DNA of 64,000 nt from Phycisphaerae bacterium (GTDB lineage Bacteria; Planctomycetota; Phycisphaerae; UBA1845; Fen-1342), in NCBI GenBank assembly GCA_963675745.2, contig CAXXWX010000015.1:160001-224000 (forward strand), in the 5' to 3' direction. A model generated the notes under the pieces. It saw only the letters and a list, made by a program, of their open reading frames with translations. It was not told where the DNA came from and did not search any database. The first letter of the stretch is position 1. The number at the start of each line of letters is the position of its first letter. Positions 19,812 to 29,360 of this stretch are shown here, piece after piece. Made by a program: the position numbers and the translations under genes.

Positions 19812-21158
19812 ATGCAAATCGGAGTCGTGGGAAGCGGTTATGTCGGGCTGGTGACGGCCGCCTGTCTGGCGGACAGCGGGAATACCGTTGTGGCGGTGGA
19901 CACGGATGCCGAGAAAGTCGCGGCGCTGTCAGAAGCGCACTGCCCGATTTTCGAGCCCGGGCTCGAGGAGCTGATCCGCGCAAACATCCGCAGCGGACGC
20001 CTGCGCTTCACCACTGACTATCCAACCGCAGTCGCCGGCGCGGAAGTTGTGTTCCTGGCGGTGGGCACCCCACCACGGCCCGATGGTTCGGCTGATCTCT
20101 CGGCGATCGAGGCGGCCGCCACTTCGGTGGGCGAGTCGCTGACCGGCCCGGCGATCATCGTAAACAAGAGCACGGTCCCGGTGGGTACGGCGCGCCGTGT
20201 CGCCGACATCCTGGGCCGTCACACGACGCACCCGTTCAGCATCGTGAGTAATCCCGAGTTTCTTAAGGAAGGCAGCGCGCTCGACGACTTCCTGCGCCCC
20301 GACCGCGTCGTCATCGGTGCCGATGATCCCGAGGCCGGCGCCATCGTCGCCGAGCTGCACAAACCGTTCGTGCGCAACAACAAGCCGATTGTAGCCATGA
20401 GCGTGGCGGCGGCGGAGATGTCCAAATACGCGGCGAACGCATTCCTCTCGACGCGCATCAGCTTCATAAACGAGATCGCCGAAATCTGCGAGCGGCTGCA
20501 AATCGATGTCAACGAGGTCCGCCGCGGCATGGGCTCCGACGCGCGCATCGGGCACCACTTTCTTTACCCCGGCGTCGGGTATGGCGGCAGTTGTTTTCCG
20601 AAGGACGTGCAGGCCCTCGTCGCGATTGGTGACCAGGCCGACATCCCCTGTGACCTGCTGCGCGCGGTTCACACGCGCAACGTCCGCCAGCGTGAGCTGA
20701 TGATCGCGCGCGTACACGAGCGTTTGGGCAGCGATCTCAGCGGCCGGCGGCTCGCCGTCTGGGGAGTGTCATTCAAGCCCAAGACCGACGATATCCGCGA
20801 AGCGCCGGCCGTGTACGTGATGGATGCCCTGCTCGAATCCGGCGCTGAGGTCGTCGTGTACGACCCGGAAGCGCTGGATAATCTGCGCGCCGCGTACGGC
20901 GCGCGGCTCACCTATGCCGACGACGCCTATGCCGCGCTGCAAGGGGCTGATGCACTGCTGGTGATGACCGAGTGGAACGAATTCCGCAGCCCGGATTTTC
21001 GCCGTATGCGCCGCGACATGAAACAGCCGCTCATCCTCGACGGCCGCAATCTGTACGAGCTGGAGACGATGCGGCGTTACGAGTTTGAATACGTCAGTGT
21101 CGGCCGGCCGCCCGTGCGCCTGGCCGGAGTGGCTTCGGCGAACGTCGGCGGGAGTTGA
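19812..21158 (+). CDS. ugd: UDP-glucose 6-dehydrogenase
   Basis: GSGYVGL, NKSTVPVGT, SNPEFLKEG, GYGGSCFPKD, FKPKTDDIREAP. Confidence 0.95.
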   Translation: MQIGVVGSGYVGLVTAACLADSGNTVVAVDTDAEKVAALSEAHCPIFEPGLEELIRANIRSGRLRFTTDYPTAVAGAEVVFLAVGTPPRPDGSADLSAIEAAATSVGESLTGPAIIVNKSTVPVGTARRVADILGRHTTHPFSIVSNPEFLKEGSALDDFLRPDRVVIGADDPEAGAIVAELHKPFVRNNKPIVAMSVAAAEMSKYAANAFLSTRISFINEIAEICERLQIDVNEVRRGMGSDARIGHHFLYPGVGYGGSCFPKDVQALVAIGDQADIPCDLLRAVHTRNVRQRELMIARVHERLGSDLSGRRLAVWGVSFKPKTDDIREAPAVYVMDALLESGAEVVVYDPEALDNLRAAYGARLTYADDAYAALQGADALLVMTEWNEFRSPDFRRMRRDMKQPLILDGRNLYELETMRRYEFEYVSVGRPPVRLAGVASANVGGS

Positions 21159-21165
21159 TGCGGCT

Positions 21166-21972
21166 TTACGACTCGCGGTAGTCGGCCCAGGTCTTCGGTG
21201 TTTCGTAGACGCGGACGTTGTACAGCTTTGCGGGGGCAAACGCTCCGACGAGCAGATCCCACACGACGCGCGCGATGTTCTCAACCGTCGGATTCACTTG
21301 GCGAAACTCGGCGGCGTCCGTGTTCAGGTGCTTGTGATCCAAGCGGTCAATCACACGATCGCGGACCAGCTCCTCGAAACGCGGTAGCGCCACGACGGCG
21401 CCGCTTGCCGAATCGAGTGTGCCCGTGACGCTTACCTCGACTACATAGTTGTGCCCGTGGCCGTGGGGATTATTGCACTTGCCGAAGAACCCGCGGTTCT
21501 CAGCGTCGCTCATTGACGCGCAGTGCAGCCGATGTGATGCCGAAAACTCGAATTGCTGAGTAACGCGGACCATCTCCGGTTCCTCCTGCCTGATCGTGTA
21601 GCACAGAAACGGCGTTGCCAGCAACTCGACCTGTTCGAGCCCGACATGTGCGGGCGCGTGAGCAGCTACCAGCGCCCAAATCTCCTGCAGCAGACGCTCG
21701 GCGGACATACGCCAGCCGTGGCGCCGCAGTTGGCCGGCGGTCAGCGGAATCGCGTGTGCCCGCACAACGTCATCAAGCGCGCTGATGTTGCAGAGCATAC
21801 CCGTCCGTGCGTCCGGATTCCCGGAGATGGTCACGCGCAGACGCAGATAGGGGACAAGCCCCACCGCGCTGGGCCAGCCACCCCAGGAGTTGGTGATCGG
21901 CCGAGCCGGATCCACGTGTCCGGCCCAGTCGCGATCCACGGAAAACCGCACTTCGCGTGTGAGTCGAATCAT
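21166..21972 (-). CDS. queD: 6-pyruvoyl/6-carboxy-tetrahydropterin synthase family protein, tandem-domain
   Basis: C-terminal domain FSASHRL...CNNPHGHGHNY...LDHKHLN...PTVEN; degenerate N-terminal copy. Confidence 0.8.
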   Translation of the reverse strand: MIRLTREVRFSVDRDWAGHVDPARPITNSWGGWPSAVGLVPYLRLRVTISGNPDARTGMLCNISALDDVVRAHAIPLTAGQLRRHGWRMSAERLLQEIWALVAAHAPAHVGLEQVELLATPFLCYTIRQEEPEMVRVTQQFEFSASHRLHCASMSDAENRGFFGKCNNPHGHGHNYVVEVSVTGTLDSASGAVVALPRFEELVRDRVIDRLDHKHLNTDAAEFRQVNPTVENIARVVWDLLVGAFAPAKLYNVRVYETPKTWADYRES

Positions 21973-22139
21973 ATGCGGATTGTAGCGGCCCGGTTGCTCC
22001 ACCGCCCGGTCGGCTTGTTGCCCTGCTGCCTGGCGGCCTTGGGCCCCTACCGGCCCGGCCTTCCTTGTCGCCGTGGTTGCAGCAGCTAGAATCACTTTGT
22101 CGCGGCCCAGCGAATCGTCGATCCACACGAGCCCGGAAT

Positions 22140-22976
22140 ATGACGCTGCCCTACGATTATGTCGATGCGAAGCTGCACGAGCGGCGTGAGCGGGTCTTCC
22201 TGATCCTCGCCGGGCTGTTCCTGGGCACGTTGGCGATGCTGAATATTCTGGGCATCAGCCGGTTTATCAAGCTGTACGACGCGGGGATCGAGGTCGCCGG
22301 CGTGCCGTTGGTGTTTGCCGTTGCGATCGGCGTGCTGCCCTATCCGATCACGTTTCTCTGCACGGACTTCATCTCGGAGTTCTTTGGGCGCCGCCGGGCC
22401 GCACAGGTCGTCTGGGTGGGCTTGTTGCTGAATCTGTGGGTTATTCTGGTGCTGTGGATCGGCGGTCAGATGCCCGGTTTTGTGGCCAACGACCCGGTGA
22501 CCGGTATGCCGCCGTTGCCGCAATTCGATACCACAAAGGGAGCGTACATCGAGACAGGCTGGACCTTTTACCAGGTGCGCAACCTGGCATTCGGTGCCGT
22601 GACGGCTTCGATGATCGCCTATTTGGCCGCCCAGTTTGTGGATGTGTATGTCTTTCATTTCTGGAAACGTGTCACACGCGGTCGGCACCTGTGGCTGCGA
22701 AACAACGGCTCAACACTGGTATCGCAGATGGTCGACACAACGGCCGTCATTCTCATCACGCACTTCTACGCCCACGCGCTGCCAATCCGGCCCGACAAGC
22801 CGCTTTGGCCGCAGCTTGCCCTTTTCATTGCCTCGGGGTACGCGTTCAAGCTGGTGGTGGCGCTTTTGGACACGATTCCTTTCTATGTCGGCTCTTACTA
22901 TCTCCGCAAATACCTTAAGATCGACCCGCTACGCGAACATCGCGTCGACGGCGAGAGCACCTGTGGACCAGGCTGA
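22140..22976 (+). CDS. Queuosine precursor transporter (YhhQ/VUT family)
   Basis: YPITFLCTDFISEFFG, ASMIAYLAAQFVDV, LWLRNNGSTLVSQMVDT, ALLDT. Confidence 0.93.
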   Translation: MTLPYDYVDAKLHERRERVFLILAGLFLGTLAMLNILGISRFIKLYDAGIEVAGVPLVFAVAIGVLPYPITFLCTDFISEFFGRRRAAQVVWVGLLLNLWVILVLWIGGQMPGFVANDPVTGMPPLPQFDTTKGAYIETGWTFYQVRNLAFGAVTASMIAYLAAQFVDVYVFHFWKRVTRGRHLWLRNNGSTLVSQMVDTTAVILITHFYAHALPIRPDKPLWPQLALFIASGYAFKLVVALLDTIPFYVGSYYLRKYLKIDPLREHRVDGESTCGPG

Positions 22977-22988
22977 CGGGAGCAACAC

Positions 22989-23687
22989 ATGGATAGCAGA
23001 ACGGCGCTCATCACCGGCGGTAGCCGCGGCATCGGCCTGGCCATCGCACTGCGTTTCGCCAAGACCGGTCAGAACATCGTCATCGCCGCGCGAAATGCCA
23101 GCGCGCTGCAGGAGGCGGCGGCACAGATTCGGGAAGCGGGCGCGGCGTGTGAGGCCACCGCGGCGGATGTGGGCAGCCCGATGGACGCCGCGCGCATCCT
23201 CGACACGGCCATCAAGCGTTTCGGACGCATCGACATTCTGGTGAACAACGCCGGCTACGCGCCGGACGTGCCGGTCACGGAGATGACCGACGATAGCTTC
23301 CGCAGCACGATCGCGGCCAACATCGACGCCCCGTTTTACCTGACGCGCGGCGTGTGGCCGATCATGCAACAGCAAGGTGGCGGCGTGATTGTGAATATCT
23401 CGTCGATGGCGTCGGTGGATCCATTCCCGGGTTTCGCCGTCTACGGCGCCAGCAAGGCCTGGGTGAACGTGTTTACGAAAGCCACGGCGGAGGCGGGCAA
23501 GAAGGTCGGCATCCGGGTCTACGCCATCGCTCCGGGCGCGACGGAAACGGAGATGCTCCGCGGCGCGTTCCCCGATTTCCCGCCGGAGAAATGTCTGCGC
23601 CCTGACGACATCGCGGCCGCGGTCGAAGCCGTCTGCGACGATCGCCTGGCCCACAGTGTCGGCCAGACGATATTCGTGCAGAAGTAA
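22989..23687 (+). CDS. Short-chain dehydrogenase/reductase
   Basis: TGGSRGIG, VNNAG, YGASK. Confidence 0.95.
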   Translation: MDSRTALITGGSRGIGLAIALRFAKTGQNIVIAARNASALQEAAAQIREAGAACEATAADVGSPMDAARILDTAIKRFGRIDILVNNAGYAPDVPVTEMTDDSFRSTIAANIDAPFYLTRGVWPIMQQQGGGVIVNISSMASVDPFPGFAVYGASKAWVNVFTKATAEAGKKVGIRVYAIAPGATETEMLRGAFPDFPPEKCLRPDDIAAAVEAVCDDRLAHSVGQTIFVQK

Positions 23688-23745
23688 GCGACTTGACTTC
23701 GCCCAGCAGGACCGTCACGCCATCGAGCAGAATCGGGGTCCGTAT

Positions 23746-24408
23746 ATGCAGGCGACCGTACATGCCGTCTTTCTAATCGCATTCGCAGCCTCTACACCAC
23801 TGGCGCTGCTCGTGCTCAAGCGGCGGGCGCCGACCAGTCGGCAGTTCGTGATTGCGCTCGCGGTGGCGGCTGTCGGCACGGTCGTTGCCTCACCAGCGTT
23901 CATCCGGCATATGTGTCGCGAAGGCCAGCCGCTTGCCCCGTGGTTGATCCTCGGCCCGTGCCTCTTTCTGATCCTCCTCTTCGTCAACTCCGCCGCCTGG
24001 CGCCGCATCCTCGGCGTCGTCGTGTTTGTCGGCATGGTGAAGCTCTCGTGTCACTTCACCGACATAGTCCACATGCCGGGCTGGACCGGGAACCCCGACT
24101 TGGACTACGGCCCGGTCGTGCTTCGCAGCATGCGCGGTCAGGTCACTCTTGCGGCCGGTGATTCAGAAGATCCCCAGGACACCTACGCAGCAGGATGGCT
24201 GCGCGATCTCCCCGTTTGGCAAGACATCGTTAGCGAGCACGGGCGCGACAGGCGGCCACGAGCCAGGCGCCAGGTCGAACGGGCCTGGCACACGTGGCTC
24301 ACCGGCCTGTATCATTACACGTTGGTCCCGCGGGATTACTGGTATCCCGGCGGCCCCGTCGCGGAGGCCGGGCCAAAGCTGGAGCTGCGCGATCGTCCAG
24401 TGCCGTAA
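23746..24408 (+). CDS. Hypothetical membrane protein
   Basis: About four hydrophobic helices then a soluble tail. Confidence 0.6.
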   Translation: MQATVHAVFLIAFAASTPLALLVLKRRAPTSRQFVIALAVAAVGTVVASPAFIRHMCREGQPLAPWLILGPCLFLILLFVNSAAWRRILGVVVFVGMVKLSCHFTDIVHMPGWTGNPDLDYGPVVLRSMRGQVTLAAGDSEDPQDTYAAGWLRDLPVWQDIVSEHGRDRRPRARRQVERAWHTWLTGLYHYTLVPRDYWYPGGPVAEAGPKLELRDRPVP

Positions 24409-24425
24409 CTCGCCGCCGCCCCTTG

Positions 24426-25529
24426 CTATTGCAGATATTCCTTTATTCGCGCTATGACCACGCGGTCGCAGTCGGCGCGCGATCGTGGTTTGATGCGTTT
24501 GTATTCGGGTTGATACTCGTTCTGAAAGTCGACGAGCACCCAGTCGCCGGCGCGGTCACACACGACGAAATGCACGCCGCGCACATAGTTGTTGCGCGGG
24601 CTGATCAGGTAGTCGGCCAGCAGCACGTAGTCCGCATCGGGTTTTTCCCTGGCGACAAACGTCTTGGCCGCGCGGGCCAGGTTCCACAATACGCGCTGCT
24701 CGTTGGACGAGCCGGCCACCTCGAGCAACGGCCCGTCTTTCAACGCCGTCGCCTTGCACAGACCGTCCGCGTTGAGTCCTTCGGCGAGGCGCGTCGCACA
24801 CTCGCTATCAACGGCCTGTCCGACGCGCGCGGGATACACGAGCACGCTGGCATCGGCCCCCTTCCGCTTCATCACCTGCACACGCTGCTCGATGGCTTCC
24901 CGTTCCGCCTTGTCCGGAAGCCCCGACTTGCGCTCCCAACGCTTCTCCATCTTTCCGCCATGCGCGGGCTGCTTGCCGGTGGTGTCGATGGAGAGCGCGT
25001 CGCGCAGACGCTCGTGCAGCAGCACGCAACACGTCATCGGATTACGCGGCTTCACGCGGTCGAACGCCACACACCCGGGCGATTGGACGTCTTTCCAGGC
25101 TACACCCCCCTTCTTGTCGGCGATCACAGCACGCACCGCCGAAACGCCGCTGCCAGGCGTGCCGACGTATTCGGCGTACAGGCCGTACTCGGTCTTGAGC
25201 TCTTGACTTTGGACGAACCCGGCAAAGGCGCTTGCCAGCGCGTCGATGTCGGCGTCGGTCGGCGCCTTGAACGCTGTGTCGGTCATTTCAAAAGCGCTGA
25301 AACCGTCGCGTTCCAACATCAGCCCCACGACATCGGCCACGTCGCGCGATGTGTCCCCGCCGAGACTGATGGGAAAGATTGTCAGCGAGCTCCCCGGGCC
25401 GAGTGACTTGACAGCCGGCGCATCGTCCGCGTTGGCCGCCGGCTCCGCCGCAGCGGTTGGGCCGGCGCTGGTCAATCCGGCGCTGCACAGCGCAACGAGC
25501 ATCCCCAGTCTCGCGCATCGTTCGAACAT
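24426..25529 (-). CDS. Secreted hypothetical protein with two similar alpha/beta domains
   Basis: RBS AAGGAG; signal peptide; SLTIFPI... vs SVLVYPA... internal duplication. Confidence 0.8.
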   Translation of the reverse strand: MFERCARLGMLVALCSAGLTSAGPTAAAEPAANADDAPAVKSLGPGSSLTIFPISLGGDTSRDVADVVGLMLERDGFSAFEMTDTAFKAPTDADIDALASAFAGFVQSQELKTEYGLYAEYVGTPGSGVSAVRAVIADKKGGVAWKDVQSPGCVAFDRVKPRNPMTCCVLLHERLRDALSIDTTGKQPAHGGKMEKRWERKSGLPDKAEREAIEQRVQVMKRKGADASVLVYPARVGQAVDSECATRLAEGLNADGLCKATALKDGPLLEVAGSSNEQRVLWNLARAAKTFVAREKPDADYVLLADYLISPRNNYVRGVHFVVCDRAGDWVLVDFQNEYQPEYKRIKPRSRADCDRVVIARIKEYLQ

Positions 25530-25560
25530 AAGCGGTCTCCTTGTCGGACGAGGGTTATAC

Positions 25561-25578
25561 TGTAAGCACATACTTACA
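25561..25578. promoter_or_regulatory. TetR operator, site 1
   Basis: TGTAAG-N6-CTTACA just upstream of the 25529 start; matches the site at 26346-26363. Confidence 0.75.
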
Positions 25579-25601
25579 TTACGCGCAAATCAAAATGCGG
25601 C

Positions 25602-26204
25602 TTATCTGGCCTGCCCTTGCAGCAGCATGTGCCCGATCTGGCCAAACAGCCGCTGCCGTTGTTTCGTACCCAACAGGCCAAGTTCGCGGGTAATGCTGGC
25701 GACCGTTCCCAGGCCCACCAGCGCCCAGCCGACCAGGGCGGCATCGGGCTCGCGCCGCGCCGCATCGTCGCCGCGGTGCGCGCTGATCTGGTCGCGCACA
25801 AAGCGGTGGTAACGCCGGTACATCGCCGCCAGCGCCCGGCGCACGTCGGGATCATCTGTCTCGCTCAGGCCGGCGAAGACAATGCGGTAGTGGCCAAGCT
25901 GACCGTGGTGCCGCGTCTCGTGGTCCAGAAGTCGTTCGGCGGTCGATGCCGTCGCTGCCTCGTCATCCTCGACCGCCAGCAGCGCACGCCACGACTGAAC
26001 CGACTGGTCATACACATGCTCGATCGCGGCGATGAACATGGCTTTCTTGTCAGCCCAGATGCGGTAGAGAATGTTCTCCTGCACGCCGCACCGCCGCGCC
26101 AGCTCGGCGGTGGTGGTGCGGCGATACCCCAAGTCAGCGAACGCCAGCGCAATAACCGGGAGCAACTCCCGGCGTTTTGCTTGCATCTGACTCTCTCTGG
26201 GCAT
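25602..26204 (-). CDS. TetR/AcrR family regulator
   Basis: FADLGYRRTTTAELARRCGVQENILYRIWADKKAMF HTH. Confidence 0.9.
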   Translation of the reverse strand: MPRESQMQAKRRELLPVIALAFADLGYRRTTTAELARRCGVQENILYRIWADKKAMFIAAIEHVYDQSVQSWRALLAVEDDEAATASTAERLLDHETRHHGQLGHYRIVFAGLSETDDPDVRRALAAMYRRYHRFVRDQISAHRGDDAARREPDAALVGWALVGLGTVASITRELGLLGTKQRQRLFGQIGHMLLQGQAR

Positions 26205-26340
26205 CGCGTCAATCCAGATCATCAAACCGCAGCGGCCGCCCCCCAAGTCGGCCGTCACCGAACGGTCGTAGCCACCCCAGTACGCGGCAGCGGCAGGTCT
26301 CACGGAACTCGAACCGCCCTGCCGCCCTCCAGGCCTGCGC

Positions 26341-26391
26341 CATACTGTAAGTAACCACTTACAGTATGGCACATGCGCGGCCGGTTGTCAA
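26341..26391 (-). promoter_or_regulatory. Sigma-70 promoter overlapped by TetR operator, site 2
   Basis: Minus strand TTGACA-N17-CATACT; palindrome CATACTGTAAGT-AACC-ACTTACAGTATG at 26341-26368. Confidence 0.8.
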
Positions 26392-26448
26392 ATCATGCCG
26401 GCCGGAATCTGCCGGTGCGACTGCTGCGGTGTATTAACAGCGCGGGAG

Positions 26449-28251
26449 CTATCCGCCGGACACGCGCTGCGGCGGGTGTGGCGTGGGGTTCTCGCCGGGA
26501 TTGTCTGGCGTGCGGTAGCGGAGTGGTTCGGAATAATCAGGATAGGCGTGGCGCAGCGCGGCGTGTACCAGGCCGACGAAGAACGGCTGCGGGCGCAAGG
26601 GGCGGCTGGTCAGCTCCGGGTGCCCCTGCGTTCCCACGTAGTACGGGTGAACCGACTCGGGAAGCTCGTAAACGTTGCGCAGCTCGGACTTGGGCGCCTG
26701 GCCGGAGAAGATCATCCCATGCTTCTCAAGCGATTCGACGTAGCGCGGGTCCACTTCGTACCGATGACGGAAACGCAGACGCGTGCGCTCGCCGAACATG
26801 CGGTGCGCCAACGTGTCGGCACGGATCTCAACGTCGAACCCACCCAGCCGCATTGTGCCGCCGAGCCCTTCGATCTTGCGCTGATCCGGAAGGATGCTGA
26901 TGACCGGGTGGCGGCACTCCTGGTCAAACTCGGTCGAATTGGCGTCGTTCAGGCCACAGACGTTGCGGGCGAATTCGATCACCGCCGTCTGGAAACCCAG
27001 GCAGATTCCGAGGCAGGGCAGCCCGCTCAGCCGCGCTTGCTTCATACAGGCGATCTTGCCCTCGGCTCCGCGCGCGCCGAATGCCCCGGGGACAATAATC
27101 CCGTCAAGATCGGCCAGCTCCTCGGCCACGTTGGCGTCAGTGATGTCCGTCGTGTCGATCCATGACAGGTTAACCCGACACGAGAAACGCGTGCCGGCAT
27201 GCTCGAGGGCCTTGATGATGCTGGCGTAGGCGTCACGCACCGCCGTGTACTTGCCGGTTACGCCGATTGTGATCTGCCGGGACGCCCCGCGCAGGCGATC
27301 CAAATATGCATCCCAGGCGCGGCGCGCCTGCTGCTCGTGCCGCTCATCAAACTTGCTCTCGACTTGCAGCCACGTGCAGACCGCCTTGTCATAGCCCGCG
27401 CCGCGCAGCAGGTCGGGAATCAGGTACACGCTTTCGCAATCGTGCATGCTGAACACGCGCTCGAACGGCACGTTTGAAAACAGGGCGATCTTTTCGCGCA
27501 CCTTGCGGCTGACCGGGTTTTGCGCGCGGCAGGCGATAATGTGCGGCTGAATCCCGCACTCCATCAGGCGCTTCACGCCAAGCTGGGCCGCCTTGCTCTT
27601 CTGCTCGCCGAGTATCTGCGGCTCCATGACGTAGGTAAGCGCGACAAAGCAGACGCTGTGCTGGCCCTCCTCGAAGGCCAGTTGGCGCGTGGCCTCGATC
27701 ATGTACGCGTTTTCAACGTCGCCAACCGTGCCGCCGATCTCGACGAACACCACGTCGGCCTGCGTGGCCACGGCCAGCTCGCGCAGGTGGTTTTTTACCT
27801 CGCCGGTGACGTGCGGGATCATCTGCACGTCCCGGCCGAGGTAGCCGCCGGTGCGCTCGCGCTCCAGCACACGCCGATAAATCTGCCCGCTGGTGCAGAA
27901 GTTCAGACGGGCCAGATCCTGATCCAGCACGCGCTCGTAGGTTCCCAGATCCATGTCGCACTCGGTGCCGTCGTCGAGCACGAACACTTCGCCGTGGCGA
28001 TAGGGGTTTAGCGTGCCGGCGTCGATGTTGAGGTAACCTTCGAGCTTGATCGGCGCGACAGTGAGCCCCTTGTCTTGAAGGCAGCGGGCCAGCGACGAGC
28101 TGAAGATCCCCTTGCCCAGCCCGCTCATGACCGTGCCGAGCACGACCACGTACTTGGTCTGCCCCGGCTCATAGCCGGCCGGGAGTGGCGTATAGAACTC
28201 CGTATCGCCGGACCGATCGCGGATCGAATTGAGCAGCTCTTCAGCGTCCAT
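26449..28251 (-). CDS. pyrG: CTP synthase
   Basis: SGLGKG, GEVFVLDDG, EIGGTVGD, GICLGFQ, RHRYEV, HPE. Confidence 0.96.
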   Translation of the reverse strand: MDAEELLNSIRDRSGDTEFYTPLPAGYEPGQTKYVVVLGTVMSGLGKGIFSSSLARCLQDKGLTVAPIKLEGYLNIDAGTLNPYRHGEVFVLDDGTECDMDLGTYERVLDQDLARLNFCTSGQIYRRVLERERTGGYLGRDVQMIPHVTGEVKNHLRELAVATQADVVFVEIGGTVGDVENAYMIEATRQLAFEEGQHSVCFVALTYVMEPQILGEQKSKAAQLGVKRLMECGIQPHIIACRAQNPVSRKVREKIALFSNVPFERVFSMHDCESVYLIPDLLRGAGYDKAVCTWLQVESKFDERHEQQARRAWDAYLDRLRGASRQITIGVTGKYTAVRDAYASIIKALEHAGTRFSCRVNLSWIDTTDITDANVAEELADLDGIIVPGAFGARGAEGKIACMKQARLSGLPCLGICLGFQTAVIEFARNVCGLNDANSTEFDQECRHPVISILPDQRKIEGLGGTMRLGGFDVEIRADTLAHRMFGERTRLRFRHRYEVDPRYVESLEKHGMIFSGQAPKSELRNVYELPESVHPYYVGTQGHPELTSRPLRPQPFFVGLVHAALRHAYPDYSEPLRYRTPDNPGENPTPHPPQRVSGG

Positions 28252-28312
28252 CACTTACCGCCTCGCCTCCCGATCGGGTCAGAACCATCCATGGCACACA
28301 CGGCCCATCGGG

Positions 28313-29083
28313 TTACCGCGCGCCGTCGCGATCAACATCGCCGTACCGTAGCACAAACCGCCGATAGTCCTCGGGCGTGTCAATTCCAACCGCAGACCGG
28401 TTGACACGCTCGACGGCGATTGGAAAGCCATGCTCCAGGATGCGTAGTTGTTCAAGCTTCTCGCTGGTTTCCAACGGGCTTGGTTCCCAACTCGCGAACT
28501 CCAGCAGGAAGTCCCGTCGATAAGCGTAGACCCCCAGGTGCAGCAGCCACATGGCACAAGTCGCCGCGCTCTCGGCCTGGCGGTCACGTGGATATGGTAT
28601 CAATGAACGCGAAAAGAACAGCGCCCGGCCCGCAAGATCGGTGACGACCTTGACCGCGTTGGCATCCGCGGGGTCACCGTCGGCCGGAAACGGACACGCC
28701 AGCGTCGCCGCCGGACAGTCAGGTTCACGCTCCAGACGGGCCACCAGGGCGTCGAGGTCATCCGGGGCCATCTCGGGTTCATCGCCCTGGACATTGACGA
28801 TGATGTCTTCCGGCCCGCTACCGAGACCGCGCGCGGCCTCCGCGATACGGTCGGTGCCGCTGGGGTGCGCGTCGCTGGTCATGACGGCCTCGCCGTCAAA
28901 CTCGCGCACCGCGTCCAGGATGCGCCGGTCATCGGTGGCAACGATACAGCGCTGGATGCGCCGCGCGGCACATACGCGCTCGTATACATGCTGAATCAGG
29001 TACTTGCCGGTTTCTCTGGCGAGAGGCTTTCCGGGGAAACGCGTCGAAGCGTAACGGGCGGGGATAATTGCAACGACACTCAT
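28313..29083 (-). CDS. kdsB: 3-deoxy-manno-octulosonate cytidylyltransferase
   Basis: IIPARYASTRFPGKPL, SGTDR, NVQGDEP, EKLEQLR, GIDTPED. Confidence 0.96.
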   Translation of the reverse strand: MSVVAIIPARYASTRFPGKPLARETGKYLIQHVYERVCAARRIQRCIVATDDRRILDAVREFDGEAVMTSDAHPSGTDRIAEAARGLGSGPEDIIVNVQGDEPEMAPDDLDALVARLEREPDCPAATLACPFPADGDPADANAVKVVTDLAGRALFFSRSLIPYPRDRQAESAATCAMWLLHLGVYAYRRDFLLEFASWEPSPLETSEKLEQLRILEHGFPIAVERVNRSAVGIDTPEDYRRFVLRYGDVDRDGAR

Positions 29084-29360
29084 GCAGCACACCCGGATTC
29101 GAGGCATCCTCAACCCGGGGCCGCATAATAACGGCTGGGCGGGCGAATGCAACAACGAACACTTCGAGCCGTCGCTCGGGGGGCACGACCGCCAAGAGCG
29201 GTCACGCCCGACCAGCCACGGCTTCTAGATTCTGCTTGCATTCGGCTGGGCGTCTGCGTATAAGCGCGCTTGAGAGCATCTGGGGTTTGCCGCGTCGGTG
29301 AGACGTGTGGGGCGAAGTAACCATGCCATCGGCGGGGCCACGGTCAAGGGAGGACGAATC

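Noticed and set aside
21973..22139. preQ1 riboswitch expected before the queuosine-precursor transporter
   Set aside because: No GGTTC...CCC stem with A-rich tail is recognisable
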